This document shows positions 39,933 to 48,815 of a DNA stretch of 55,225 nt, piece by piece. Made by a program: the position numbers and the translations under genes. The first letter of the stretch is position 1. Each line of letters begins with the position of its first letter. This stretch comes from a virus. Taxonomy: Duplodnaviria > Caudoviricetes. The notes under the pieces were generated by a model. The model was not told the origin of the DNA and did not search any database. It saw only the letters and a program-made list of their open reading frames with translations. The stretch covers positions 1 through 55,225 of the IMG/VR virus record IMGVR_UViG_3300028553_000034. The stretch is one strand, 5' to 3'.

Positions 39933-40136
39933 ATGGAAAATGAACTCGAAAAATTCTTCGAATCTTCTAAGAAAGGAAACATTAAGCTTATTGTCGATTT
40001 TGATATAGACGATAAGAAAGTTGAAGCAAATCCTTTCGAAATAGAAAGCATAAAATATAAAACTAAAAAGGTAAAAAAGGGATCTATCTTAGATCTAAAA
40101 AGCCGAAATAAAAAAGAAGATAATTCCCTATTCTAA
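39933..40136 (+). CDS. Hypothetical protein
   Basis: ATG at 39933 just after the primase stop, coupled to the next gene. Confidence 0.55.
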   Translation: MENELEKFFESSKKGNIKLIVDFDIDDKKVEANPFEIESIKYKTKKVKKGSILDLKSRNKKEDNSLF

Positions 40137-40582
40137 TGACCGAAGAAGAAAGAAAAGTAAACGATATAGACGAAGCCCTCGAAAAGGAACGTGTAGAATA
40201 TGGTCATAAGCTTTCTGAACTTATTTCAAAAATAAATAAGATAGATCAAATACCAGAAGCTCAAGTATTTATGCTTTCTTATCGACATATGTTTGTTGAA
40301 AAGGCAGCTAAATATCGATCAGCCGTTTATAAAAAGAAAACAAACGATCAGAATTTTAGAAAACTAAGATTCGAATACTATAAAACTCAACATGATGTCC
40401 GATTGGATTATCGTGAAATAAACCAATTCATCGATTCGGATATGTCTATGAGAACTCGACAAACAGAGCTTCTAGATAATCAGATTTTATTTTTTAATCA
40501 ATGTATCGAAACGGTGGATAAAATGGGATTTGCTATTAGAAATAGAATTTCTATAGAAGAATTCCATCACAAAAACTTTTAG
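40136..40582 (+). CDS. uvsY: Recombination mediator UvsY-like
   Basis: 148-aa helical protein with EYY...INQFIDSD...MGFAIRNRI, directly upstream of UvsW. Confidence 0.65.
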   Translation: MTEEERKVNDIDEALEKERVEYGHKLSELISKINKIDQIPEAQVFMLSYRHMFVEKAAKYRSAVYKKKTNDQNFRKLRFEYYKTQHDVRLDYREINQFIDSDMSMRTRQTELLDNQILFFNQCIETVDKMGFAIRNRISIEEFHHKNF

Positions 40583-40584
40583 AA

Positions 40585-42117
40585 ATGAAATGGACACTAA
40601 CACACAATGATAGAATCCTAACATTAACTGAAGCAACTGGATTAGAAATTGATCAACTCAATTTATCATTTAGAAGACAAACAGCTAATGCAAAATGGGA
40701 TCCGAGAGTAAAAAAAGGTTGGTGGGACGGTTATATCTCATACTTCAAATCTGACAGATATCTACCATCAGGTCTTTGGTCAGAAGTTGTAGATATTTGT
40801 AAGCTATATAATTTTGAACTTCATATAGAAGGAATTGAAAATAAATTTGATAGAGATATCGATCAAGAAGAATTTCAATCCTGGGTTGATGAAAAATGGT
40901 CAGATGTAGAAGAAAGAAAACCTAGAGATTATCAAGTTAATACAGTTTTTAATATCATTAAATATCAAAATTGCTTAGCTGAACTCGCAACTTCTGCAGG
41001 AAAGACTTTGATTACCTATATGACAATTGCTTATCTTCTAGAAACTAAAAAAGCTAGAAAGGTTTTAATGATTGTTCCGACAGTAGACCTTGTAGTGCAA
41101 GGAACTGAGGATTTTTATCAATATAACGAAGAATCGTGTAAATTGAAAATTGACATTCAACAAATTTTTGCTGGATCTGTAATTAGAGAAAAATCAAATA
41201 TAGTTATAGGAACATATCAATCACTTGTAAAGAAAGATAAAACTTATTTTGATCAATTTGATACGGTAATAGTCGATGAAACTCACAAAGCTAAATCAGC
41301 AAGTATTAAAACGATTTTAGAAAAATGTGAAAATGCAGGAAGAAAATTTGGTCTATCAGGAACAATTCCAAAACCAGGAACTTTAGATAGATTAACTCTT
41401 ATGGCATATACAGGTCCTGTGATTACTTCAATTAGAGCAGATTATTTAATGGAACAAGGACATATTACACCTTGTGAAGTTTATGTTATCGAAATGGATT
41501 ATGCTCGTCCTGAAGTAAAAGATGGATTCAAAATGTTATTTCAAAGATCCGAAGAAGATCGAAAGAAACTTCTTAATCTAGAACAACAATATGCTATTCA
41601 ATCAGAGGTAAGATTAGAATTCATTACAGATATGATTCTAAAGAACAATAAGAATTCATTGGTTCTTTTCTATCGAATTGAATACGGTAACAAAATATAT
41701 GATAAGCTTAGAGAAAAAACTGATAGAAAAATCTTTTACATCGATGGCTCTGTTAATAAAGATCTTAGAGAATATCAGAAAGATATGTTAGAAGAAGGTG
41801 AAGGAAAAATTATGATTGCATCATTTGGAACCTTCTCTACTGGAATCAACGTTAAAAACATACACACTATTTACTTAACTGAATCATTCAAATCTGAAGT
41901 AATTATTAGACAATCTATTGGTAGAGGACTTAGAAAACATGCAGATAAGAAGAAGCTGGTAATTATCGACTTTGTAGATGATTATTGTACTGGTAAATTT
42001 AAGAACTATCTTTATAAACATTCAGAAGTTAGACAAGCTATATACGATGATCAGAATTTCCCTTACAGTATAAGACGTATGGACTTGAAGAAGATATATA
42101 GTAAAAATAGTGAATAA
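40585..42117 (+). CDS. uvsW: SF2 DNA helicase UvsW-like
   Basis: PRDYQ, ATSAGKT, DETH, GLSGT, FSTGINVK and QSIGRGLR motifs. Confidence 0.92.
   Translation: MKWTLTHNDRILTLTEATGLEIDQLNLSFRRQTANAKWDPRVKKGWWDGYISYFKSDRYLPSGLWSEVVDICKLYNFELHIEGIENKFDRDIDQEEFQSWVDEKWSDVEERKPRDYQVNTVFNIIKYQNCLAELATSAGKTLITYMTIAYLLETKKARKVLMIVPTVDLVVQGTEDFYQYNEESCKLKIDIQQIFAGSVIREKSNIVIGTYQSLVKKDKTYFDQFDTVIVDETHKAKSASIKTILEKCENAGRKFGLSGTIPKPGTLDRLTLMAYTGPVITSIRADYLMEQGHITPCEVYVIEMDYARPEVKDGFKMLFQRSEEDRKKLLNLEQQYAIQSEVRLEFITDMILKNNKNSLVLFYRIEYGNKIYDKLREKTDRKIFYIDGSVNKDLREYQKDMLEEGEGKIMIASFGTFSTGINVKNIHTIYLTESFKSEVIIRQSIGRGLRKHADKKKLVIIDFVDDYCTGKFKNYLYKHSEVRQAIYDDQNFPYSIRRMDLKKIYSKNSE
42093..42100 (+). promoter_or_regulatory. 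Putative late-type promoter motif GATATATA
   Basis: In the 3' end of uvsW, about 18 nt upstream of the first gene of the second small-gene cluster. Confidence 0.5.
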
Positions 42118-42118
42118 A

Positions 42119-42331
42119 ATGGCTTTGCTTAAATACAGAACATTTGCAAAATTAAGAACAGAGGCTAAGGAAAATAAGCTTCGTGAAACCGCTGCACAAA
42201 ATTTCAAAAAGATATTCAACGAAAATCTTTCTAAATATGGTGCTAAAGATCCCTCCGAACTTGACGAAGAACAACTTACTGAATTCTTGGAAACAATGAA
42301 AAGTTATAAAAACGCTCAAAACGGAAAGTAA
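42119..42331 (+). CDS. Small hypothetical protein (possible head-associated)
   Basis: ATG at 42119. LSKYGAKDPSELDEEQLTEF resembles a motif recalled from T4-like phage small proteins. Confidence 0.55.
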   Translation: MALLKYRTFAKLRTEAKENKLRETAAQNFKKIFNENLSKYGAKDPSELDEEQLTEFLETMKSYKNAQNGK

Positions 42332-43557
42332 TGGCAGAAATTTTATCCCTAAGACAGGTATATCTAAAAGAAGGAATGCCCTTCGTTAATAAACTACTAG
42401 ATGGATTTGTTGTTGTTAGTGAAAAGCTTAATGCTACTAGATTTTGCTTCGAATATAACGGACCTAAGGGAATTAAATTCTTCAAAAAAGATGGACCTAT
42501 AACATCTATCGATAGAACGATGTCTTCACTTTATGAAGCACCTATTCGTTTTATTGAATCTCTTCCTAAAGAAGATATGATGAAACTTCCTATCGGATTC
42601 AAATTTGGTCTTCGTTATTTTCATAATACAAAACCTGCTAATATAGTTTATGATAAAATTCCTCTAAACGGTCTCGTCTTAACTGATATTAAAAATCCTA
42701 CAGGTAAAATCATAGATGATGTATCAATTCTTAATGGAATATCGGATCTTCTAAGAGTAGAAAAACCTCCTGTTATTTGGTATGGTAAGTTAGATAAATC
42801 ACAAAAAACTAGAATCTTAGAATATCTTAGAACTCAAGAAGATGAGCTAATAAAAAGATTTTCTACAGATTCATTCACTAAATATATCATATCAATTCTT
42901 AATCCCGAGATTGAAGCTACAGCTCTTAAAAACGATATAGAAAAACCTATCGATTCTATCATCTTCAAATTTATTTCAGATGATACTAGTGAAGTTTTCC
43001 ATTCAAAAGTAATAGATCCTGTAATTACACAAATCAATCGATCTAATGATGAAGAAAGAGAACCTCAAGATCTTTATGGAATTATTCTTTCTGATCTTGT
43101 TGAATATATCAAAGTAACAGGACTTCAAAAATATGGTCTTAAAGAAGAAGGAGAAGATGCTAGATATTTAGAACTTGTTTGTCAAATCTTTTCACAATAC
43201 ATGAAAAAATATGGCTATAAATATAACGGAATTGAAATAGATCCTCTTTCTTTTGCATCGGTTCCTGAATTCGATCTTAATACAGGATTCATTAAAGATC
43301 AAAAAGTTAGAGATCTAATTAAAGAATCTACAATCAACAAGCACATCTTCAAAATTCTTATGAGTTCTTTCTCTAAACCGAAGAAAAAACCTAGCGGAAC
43401 TGTTACTCAAATGCTTATTGATGATACTATAGATCTAGCTAAGAAAATTAAAGATAAAGTTTTAGAAACCAAAAAAGTAGGTGAATCTAATTCTTTTCCT
43501 ACATATGAAGAATTCTTCACTAAAAAGACGGATGATTCTCGAGGAATCAAACTTTGA
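42331..43557 (+). CDS. Divergent ATP-dependent ligase/nucleotidyltransferase-fold (RNA ligase-like) protein
   Basis: VVVSEKLNATRF resembles ligase motif I (EKxDG/EKxHG). PPVIWYG and IDSIIFK resemble later motifs in degenerate form. Confidence 0.5.
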   Translation: MAEILSLRQVYLKEGMPFVNKLLDGFVVVSEKLNATRFCFEYNGPKGIKFFKKDGPITSIDRTMSSLYEAPIRFIESLPKEDMMKLPIGFKFGLRYFHNTKPANIVYDKIPLNGLVLTDIKNPTGKIIDDVSILNGISDLLRVEKPPVIWYGKLDKSQKTRILEYLRTQEDELIKRFSTDSFTKYIISILNPEIEATALKNDIEKPIDSIIFKFISDDTSEVFHSKVIDPVITQINRSNDEEREPQDLYGIILSDLVEYIKVTGLQKYGLKEEGEDARYLELVCQIFSQYMKKYGYKYNGIEIDPLSFASVPEFDLNTGFIKDQKVRDLIKESTINKHIFKILMSSFSKPKKKPSGTVTQMLIDDTIDLAKKIKDKVLETKKVGESNSFPTYEEFFTKKTDDSRGIKL

Positions 43558-43563
43558 TATATA
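43556..43563 (+). promoter_or_regulatory. Putative late-type promoter motif GATATATA
   Basis: TTGATATATAGAAAAA, nearly identical to TTGAATATATAGAAAAA at about 7490. Confidence 0.55.
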
Positions 43564-43588
43564 GAAAAACAAATAAAAACACATTAAA

Positions 43589-44455
43589 ATGGAAAAAAAT
43601 CTTAACGAAGGTAGAACCCAAATCAAAAGACAGTACGGCCAGTACGCAAAAATTAAGGTAAATGAAAAAGCACCAATAAGAAACAAAGTTATTGGTTTCG
43701 TAGGAAAACGTTTTGTTACTGAGGAAGAAATGAAAAATTTCTTATCTAAAATGAATGAGGATTCTGGAAAAACTTTTGATGATAAAAAATGGTTCGGTAG
43801 AAATCAAAGATATTTTGAGTCTTTTGAAAATAGAGGACAAAAGGTTATCACTCTTTCTAAATACGGAAAACGTGTTCTAGAAATGATTGGTAAGACTACA
43901 CAAAAACAATCGATCAATGAATGTGTAGGTCTTTTCAAAAATATCAGATTAAATGAGGCGTTTGTTAATCCTTCTCCTTGTGAATTACTACAAGATACAT
44001 TAAAAGGTTTTTCTGAATCAGATGATGATAGTATTGACATTACAGTTTTAACTAAAGGATATGAAACTATCGCTAAATTGTTAAAAGGAAATATGAAAAC
44101 TGTTGTTTCTGAAATGGAAGAGGGTGAATATGAACTTTGCAAAGCTTTGGCTGTAGGCCTTGATAAAAGAGCTACAGGTGGAATCACTGATACTGGAAAA
44201 CGTAAAAATGAATCCCCTGAAGGATCTAACGTTTCCATCGTTAACAGAGGACAAATTAACTCAGCTTTTACGAGTAATTCTCTTCCACGTGAAGTAATTG
44301 TTTATCATATTGGAGATATAAAAGTAGACGTTGCAACTTGGGTAGATGGAGATGAATATGCAGAATTCGATCACGTAGCATTTCTTAAAAAAGACGAAAA
44401 GAAACTTATTTCTTGGGTAAATAAAAACATGTCAGAAGACGACATGGAATACTAA
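43589..44455 (+). CDS. Hypothetical two-domain protein with LNE/INE motifs
   Basis: 288-aa ORF. LNE|G, INE|C and LNE|A resemble prohead protease sites. Confidence 0.6.
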   Translation: MEKNLNEGRTQIKRQYGQYAKIKVNEKAPIRNKVIGFVGKRFVTEEEMKNFLSKMNEDSGKTFDDKKWFGRNQRYFESFENRGQKVITLSKYGKRVLEMIGKTTQKQSINECVGLFKNIRLNEAFVNPSPCELLQDTLKGFSESDDDSIDITVLTKGYETIAKLLKGNMKTVVSEMEEGEYELCKALAVGLDKRATGGITDTGKRKNESPEGSNVSIVNRGQINSAFTSNSLPREVIVYHIGDIKVDVATWVDGDEYAEFDHVAFLKKDEKKLISWVNKNMSEDDMEY

Positions 44456-44456
44456 A

Positions 44457-44723
44457 ATGTTAAATCTACCTACATACGAACAATACTTAATAACCGAAGC
44501 TTTAGATGATTCTAAGGTTTCGGATGTTAAGAAGTTAGTTTCTGAAAAACTAAGAACTGTTGTTGAATATACAAAATCTTCTGAAGTTTTCAAATGTGTA
44601 GGTCTTGCTCTTAAATATCCTGAAGTTCTTGAAGATATTCTTAAGGCAGAAGGTTTTGAAGCAAAAAATATAAAACTCATTGGAGCTCAATTCTCTGGTG
44701 ATACAGAATTTCAAATTAAATAA
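44457..44723 (+). CDS. Hypothetical protein with a CTS-like leader
   Basis: Starts MLNLPTYEQYLITE|A, almost the same leader as the KTSC gene. Confidence 0.65.
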   Translation: MLNLPTYEQYLITEALDDSKVSDVKKLVSEKLRTVVEYTKSSEVFKCVGLALKYPEVLEDILKAEGFEAKNIKLIGAQFSGDTEFQIK

Positions 44724-44731
44724 AACGAGAT

Positions 44732-45061
44732 ATGAAAATTAAATCATTCAAAGAATTCTTAAATGAATCACTTAACGAAGCAGGCGATGTAGCTTATTGG
44801 AAACAATATGAAAAAGGAACTCCAGTTGGCGAAGAAGATTATGGTAAAAAAGTAGCTAAAAACGAAAAAGAGCTAGATGCACTTTATGACGAAGTAGTAA
44901 TGTGGTGGGATACTGAATCTGAACATCCGAATACACGTTCTCCGTTCGGTCAATCTAAACAATGCGAAGAACTTAGAGGTGTAGCAAAACAATATCTTAA
45001 AAAATACAAATCCATTAACGGAAGAGTTATCGACGCAATGGTATCTCAGAATTACATCTAA
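44732..45061 (+). CDS. Hypothetical protein with a CTS-like leader
   Basis: Starts MKIKSFKEFLNESLNE|A. Confidence 0.65.
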   Translation: MKIKSFKEFLNESLNEAGDVAYWKQYEKGTPVGEEDYGKKVAKNEKELDALYDEVVMWWDTESEHPNTRSPFGQSKQCEELRGVAKQYLKKYKSINGRVIDAMVSQNYI

Positions 45062-45065
45062 TAAG

Positions 45066-45338
45066 ATGCCAAAAAGAAAACATACACCCATGTCTACATA
45101 CGAAGATTTTCTAAAAGAAAATTCTGCAGCAGCAACTGTTAGTTCAGTTGGTGGAATGGGTTCCCCTTCAATGCCAGGAAATCCAGGAACTCAGAATGAC
45201 TATGTCACTCAAGAAACAGGATCTGGTGATATTCCTTATACGTTGTCTAAAGGACAACCAAAGAAAATGAAGAAATCCTCCTTCGTAAGATTCAAAGATT
45301 TTATCAAAGGTAGTGAAGAACTAAGATCGGCCGTATAA
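45066..45338 (+). CDS. Small disordered protein with CTS-like motifs at both ends
   Basis: MSTYEDFLKE near the N-terminus, GSGDIP in the middle, VRFKDFIK at the C-terminus. Confidence 0.6.
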   Translation: MPKRKHTPMSTYEDFLKENSAAATVSSVGGMGSPSMPGNPGTQNDYVTQETGSGDIPYTLSKGQPKKMKKSSFVRFKDFIKGSEELRSAV

Positions 45339-45373
45339 GGTTTGCCGGCCGAATAAATTTATAACAATGGACA

Positions 45374-45586
45374 GTGACCCTGAGAAACAGAAACAATCAA
45401 GGAAAAAAACTAAGAACTCTTGTTCTTGTTTTAGCAACATTCTTCAACCCTCTTGGGTTCGATGCCCTATTCCATCTGGTGATGACGTGGACGGGATCAT
45501 ATTGGATTACGGATGCAATTTTTTATGGCGTATCGGGATTGCTCTTTGGGCTGTATTTTTTGTTGTCGAAACGTGCAAAATCATAA
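45374..45586 (+). CDS. Small membrane protein (two predicted hydrophobic segments)
   Basis: TLVLVLATFFNPLGFDALF and ITDAIFYGVSGLLFGLYFLL. GTG start. Fully overlapped by a second open frame at 45367-45594. Confidence 0.55.
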   Translation: MTLRNRNNQGKKLRTLVLVLATFFNPLGFDALFHLVMTWTGSYWITDAIFYGVSGLLFGLYFLLSKRAKS

Positions 45587-45610
45587 TAAAATAACTCTTA
45601 ACATATTTTG

Positions 45611-45640
45611 CAAAGGTCCATCAAAAATGGACTTTTGTTG
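45611..45640 (+). terminator. Probable intrinsic terminator
   Basis: CAAAGGTCCAT-CAAAA-ATGGACTTTTG stem-loop at the boundary before the dUTPase/replication block. Confidence 0.6.
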
Positions 45641-45690
45641 TCTAGTATTGATCCTATTCAACTCGGATGTTCATAATAAAATAAAAAAAC

Positions 45691-46182
45691 ATGAAGTATA
45701 TCAAAATTCGAGATGTTAAATCTCCTACAAGAGGTACACCACATTCAGCAGGAATTGATTTCTATATTCCTAACGAATGGAACAATGGTGAATCTTATCA
45801 TCTAAGACCCGGCGGAAGTCTTCTTATTCCTTCAGGCGTTAAGTTAAAAGTTCCTAACGGACATGCTCTTATTGCATTCAATAAATCCGGAGTTGCAACA
45901 AAAAAAGGTGTTATTGTTGGTGCTTGTGTAGTCGATGAAGATTATCAAGGTGAACTACATTTACATATAATAAATATAAATCAACCTATCGAATCATTTG
46001 GTGAAACCGCTTATTCGTCTGATCCAGGATTTGTAGACATTATTCCAGGAGAAAAGTTAATGCAATTCATTATTGTGCCTGTAAATTACGTTGATCCTAT
46101 TGAAGTACAAACACTTGAAGAATTATTTCCTGAAGAATCTCAAAGAGGTGAAGGTGGATTCGGTTCAACGGGAATTAAATAA
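45691..46182 (+). CDS. dut: dUTPase (trimeric)
   Basis: SAGIDF, KSG, VDEDYQGE, Q motif and RGEGGFGSTG cover all five motifs. Confidence 0.95.
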   Translation: MKYIKIRDVKSPTRGTPHSAGIDFYIPNEWNNGESYHLRPGGSLLIPSGVKLKVPNGHALIAFNKSGVATKKGVIVGACVVDEDYQGELHLHIININQPIESFGETAYSSDPGFVDIIPGEKLMQFIIVPVNYVDPIEVQTLEELFPEESQRGEGGFGSTGIK

Positions 46183-46194
46183 ACTATAAATAAA

Positions 46195-46404
46195 ATGGAC
46201 TTACAAACAAAAGGATTAAATCCTAAAGATACAACAGCTGTTCAATGTGAACTATGTAAAGAAGAAAAATTCGAGGAAGTTACTTTTATTCGTAAAGCTT
46301 CTCGACTTCTAACAGGTGCTGCAAATGATACATATATCCCAGTACCGACATTCCAATGTAAATCATGCGGTCATATAAATAAAGAATTCATACCTAAATT
46401 TTAA
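46195..46404 (+). CDS. Small Zn-ribbon protein
   Basis: CELC...CKSCGH. Confidence 0.7.
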   Translation: MDLQTKGLNPKDTTAVQCELCKEEKFEEVTFIRKASRLLTGAANDTYIPVPTFQCKSCGHINKEFIPKF

Positions 46405-46407
46405 TAA

Positions 46408-47787
46408 ATGATCCTAGAAGTTGAAAACAACGAAAATCAAGTAATCATTTCTTATTTCGATAAGGAAGGAAGAATAAAAATTAAAGATTATCGATTAGAT
46501 AATTGTCCAAATTGGAAAGTTTGCTCAGATTCAGATCCTCGTAGAGATCCAGAATTCAAAAATTGGAATGGTAGATCTGTAAAGAAACAAAATTCTCCAC
46601 GATTCAATAAATTCTCTATATATGAATTTATCGATACTCTCCCAGAAGATGAAAAGGCAGAAATAACAGCTCTTAACTTTCCCAAAATTCAATCAATAGA
46701 TATTGAAACTGAAGTCATTGATTCATTCCCTGTTCCTGAAATTGCTCGGGAAAGAATCACAACTATTGCTATTGCAACTGAAGCTAATGCAACTATTGTT
46801 TTAGGATGGAAACCTATTTCTAAAGAACAAGAAAAGATGATCTTCGACAAACATCGAGAATATCTAAAAGAATATGGCGAATGGAATTTCAAATATATTT
46901 GTTTCGAAGACGAATATAACATGATGTATACTTTCATAAATAAATTCATACCAAATTTCAGTTTAATGATAGGTTGGAACTTTATTGGATTCGATTGGAA
47001 ATACATATATAATAGATGCAAGAAAATAGGTATCGACGTTTCTAGATGTTCGCCATCTAAGAAAATCTATGGCAAAGATAATATCCCAACTCACGTAGGA
47101 ATTATCGATTATTTAGATGTTTATCGTCGATGGGACCGAACAGTTGCAATCAAAGAAAATAACACTTTAGATTTCGTAGGAAATGCTGTTCTTGGAGTAA
47201 CTAAATTAAAATATGAAGGAACTCTGCAAGAACTATACGAAAATGATTATGACAAATATGTACTTTACAATGCTATTGATGCTGCGATAGTTTGTTTAAT
47301 ACATAAAAAACTTAAAACAATTAATGCGATTCTTACAATGTCTTGTCTTTGTAATTTGTCCATATATCGAGCATCTTCAGCTGTTAATCTTACTGAAGCT
47401 CTTCTTTGGAAAGGATATTATGATAGAAAATTGGTTATAGCAGACGAAAGAGGAGATTCAGTTAGAGGAGTTTATGAAGGTGCTTACGTAAAAGAACCAG
47501 AGGTAGGGATATTCAGAGCTGCAACATGTTATGATTATGCTTCTCTATATCCATCTGTAATGAGACAATATAACGTATCACCTGAATCATTCATAACGAA
47601 AACTCAAGATCCTGCAACATTAGAAAAATATAGAAACGACGAAAATTATATCGTTTCTGTAACAGGTGCTATTTATGATAACAAAGATACTTCCGTATTA
47701 AAAGAAATTCTTACGGATCTATATACAAAACGTAAAAAGTTCAAGAATCGTCATTTAGATATCGAACGATTATTAGTAAAAAAATAA
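46408..47787 (+). CDS. gp43A: Family B DNA polymerase, N-terminal subunit (3'-5' exonuclease plus motif A)
   Basis: DIET (ExoI), GWNFIGFD (ExoII), YNAID (ExoIII), YEGAYV and DYASLYPS (motif A). Ends after the first fingers helix (LYTKRKKFK). Confidence 0.9.
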   Translation: MILEVENNENQVIISYFDKEGRIKIKDYRLDNCPNWKVCSDSDPRRDPEFKNWNGRSVKKQNSPRFNKFSIYEFIDTLPEDEKAEITALNFPKIQSIDIETEVIDSFPVPEIARERITTIAIATEANATIVLGWKPISKEQEKMIFDKHREYLKEYGEWNFKYICFEDEYNMMYTFINKFIPNFSLMIGWNFIGFDWKYIYNRCKKIGIDVSRCSPSKKIYGKDNIPTHVGIIDYLDVYRRWDRTVAIKENNTLDFVGNAVLGVTKLKYEGTLQELYENDYDKYVLYNAIDAAIVCLIHKKLKTINAILTMSCLCNLSIYRASSAVNLTEALLWKGYYDRKLVIADERGDSVRGVYEGAYVKEPEVGIFRAATCYDYASLYPSVMRQYNVSPESFITKTQDPATLEKYRNDENYIVSVTGAIYDNKDTSVLKEILTDLYTKRKKFKNRHLDIERLLVKK

Positions 47788-47795
47788 AAAAATAC

Positions 47796-48794
47796 ATGGG
47801 ACTTTTTGATGAAAGAATAGAATATAAACCTTTTGAATATCCAGAATACTACACAGAAGGATGGTTAAAACAAGCGCAAGCTTTTTGGTTACATACAGAA
47901 ATATCCATGCAAGGTGATGTAAAAGATTGGAAAGAAAATTTATCAGCATCTGAGAAAAATCTAGTAGGAAACATCTTACTTGGATTTGCACAAACAGAAT
48001 GTGCTGTTTCTGATTATTGGACAGGGATGGTAACTAAATGGTTTCCAAAACATGAGATTAAGCAAATGGCTATGTTATTTGGATCTCAAGAAACTATACA
48101 TGCAACTGCATATTCATACCTAAATGAAACTCTAGGTCTAGAAGATTTCAAAGGATTTATGCATGAACCTACGATCGCAAACAAATTTGAATTTCTACTT
48201 TCAACTGAAGCAGATTGGACCCCTGAAGATTTAAGAACCTCCTTAAAAGCAAGAAGAGATGTTGCAAAATCTTTAGCTATCTTTTCTGCTTTTGCTGAAG
48301 GAGTTTCCCTTTATTCTTCTTTTGCTGTTTTATATAGCTTTCAAATGAGAAATCTACTTAAAGGAATCGGTCAACAAATGAAATGGTCAGTAAGAGACGA
48401 ATCTCTACATTCACGTATGGGATGTCAACTATTCAATCATGTATGTGAAGAATATCCAGAATTAAGAGAAAGTGTTCAGAAAGAAGTAATTTATGCTTCT
48501 AAATTAATGGTTGAAATGGAACATCGTTTCATCGATAAAATTTTCGAAGATGGTGATTTAGAAAATCTAAAATCCGAAGATGTTAAAAACTTCATCAGTA
48601 GAAGAGCAAATGAAAAACTTGCGGAATTAGAATATTCGCCTATTTTCGAATATGATATCGAATCCGCTAATCAACTTGAATGGTTCTATCATCTAACAGG
48701 AGGAGTAACACATACTGACTTCTTTGCAATCAGACCTACAGATTATGCCAAAGCAGGTGAAGATGAAAATTGGTCAGACGAAGAATTATGGTAA
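47796..48794 (+). CDS. nrdB: Ribonucleotide reductase class I beta subunit
   Basis: FW...E, ETIHATAY (radical Tyr), EGVSLYSSF and RDESLH, with C-terminal DFFA.RPT.Y. Confidence 0.95.
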   Translation: MGLFDERIEYKPFEYPEYYTEGWLKQAQAFWLHTEISMQGDVKDWKENLSASEKNLVGNILLGFAQTECAVSDYWTGMVTKWFPKHEIKQMAMLFGSQETIHATAYSYLNETLGLEDFKGFMHEPTIANKFEFLLSTEADWTPEDLRTSLKARRDVAKSLAIFSAFAEGVSLYSSFAVLYSFQMRNLLKGIGQQMKWSVRDESLHSRMGCQLFNHVCEEYPELRESVQKEVIYASKLMVEMEHRFIDKIFEDGDLENLKSEDVKNFISRRANEKLAELEYSPIFEYDIESANQLEWFYHLTGGVTHTDFFAIRPTDYAKAGEDENWSDEELW

Positions 48795-48815
48795 ATTAAT
48801 AAAAAAATAAAAAAT

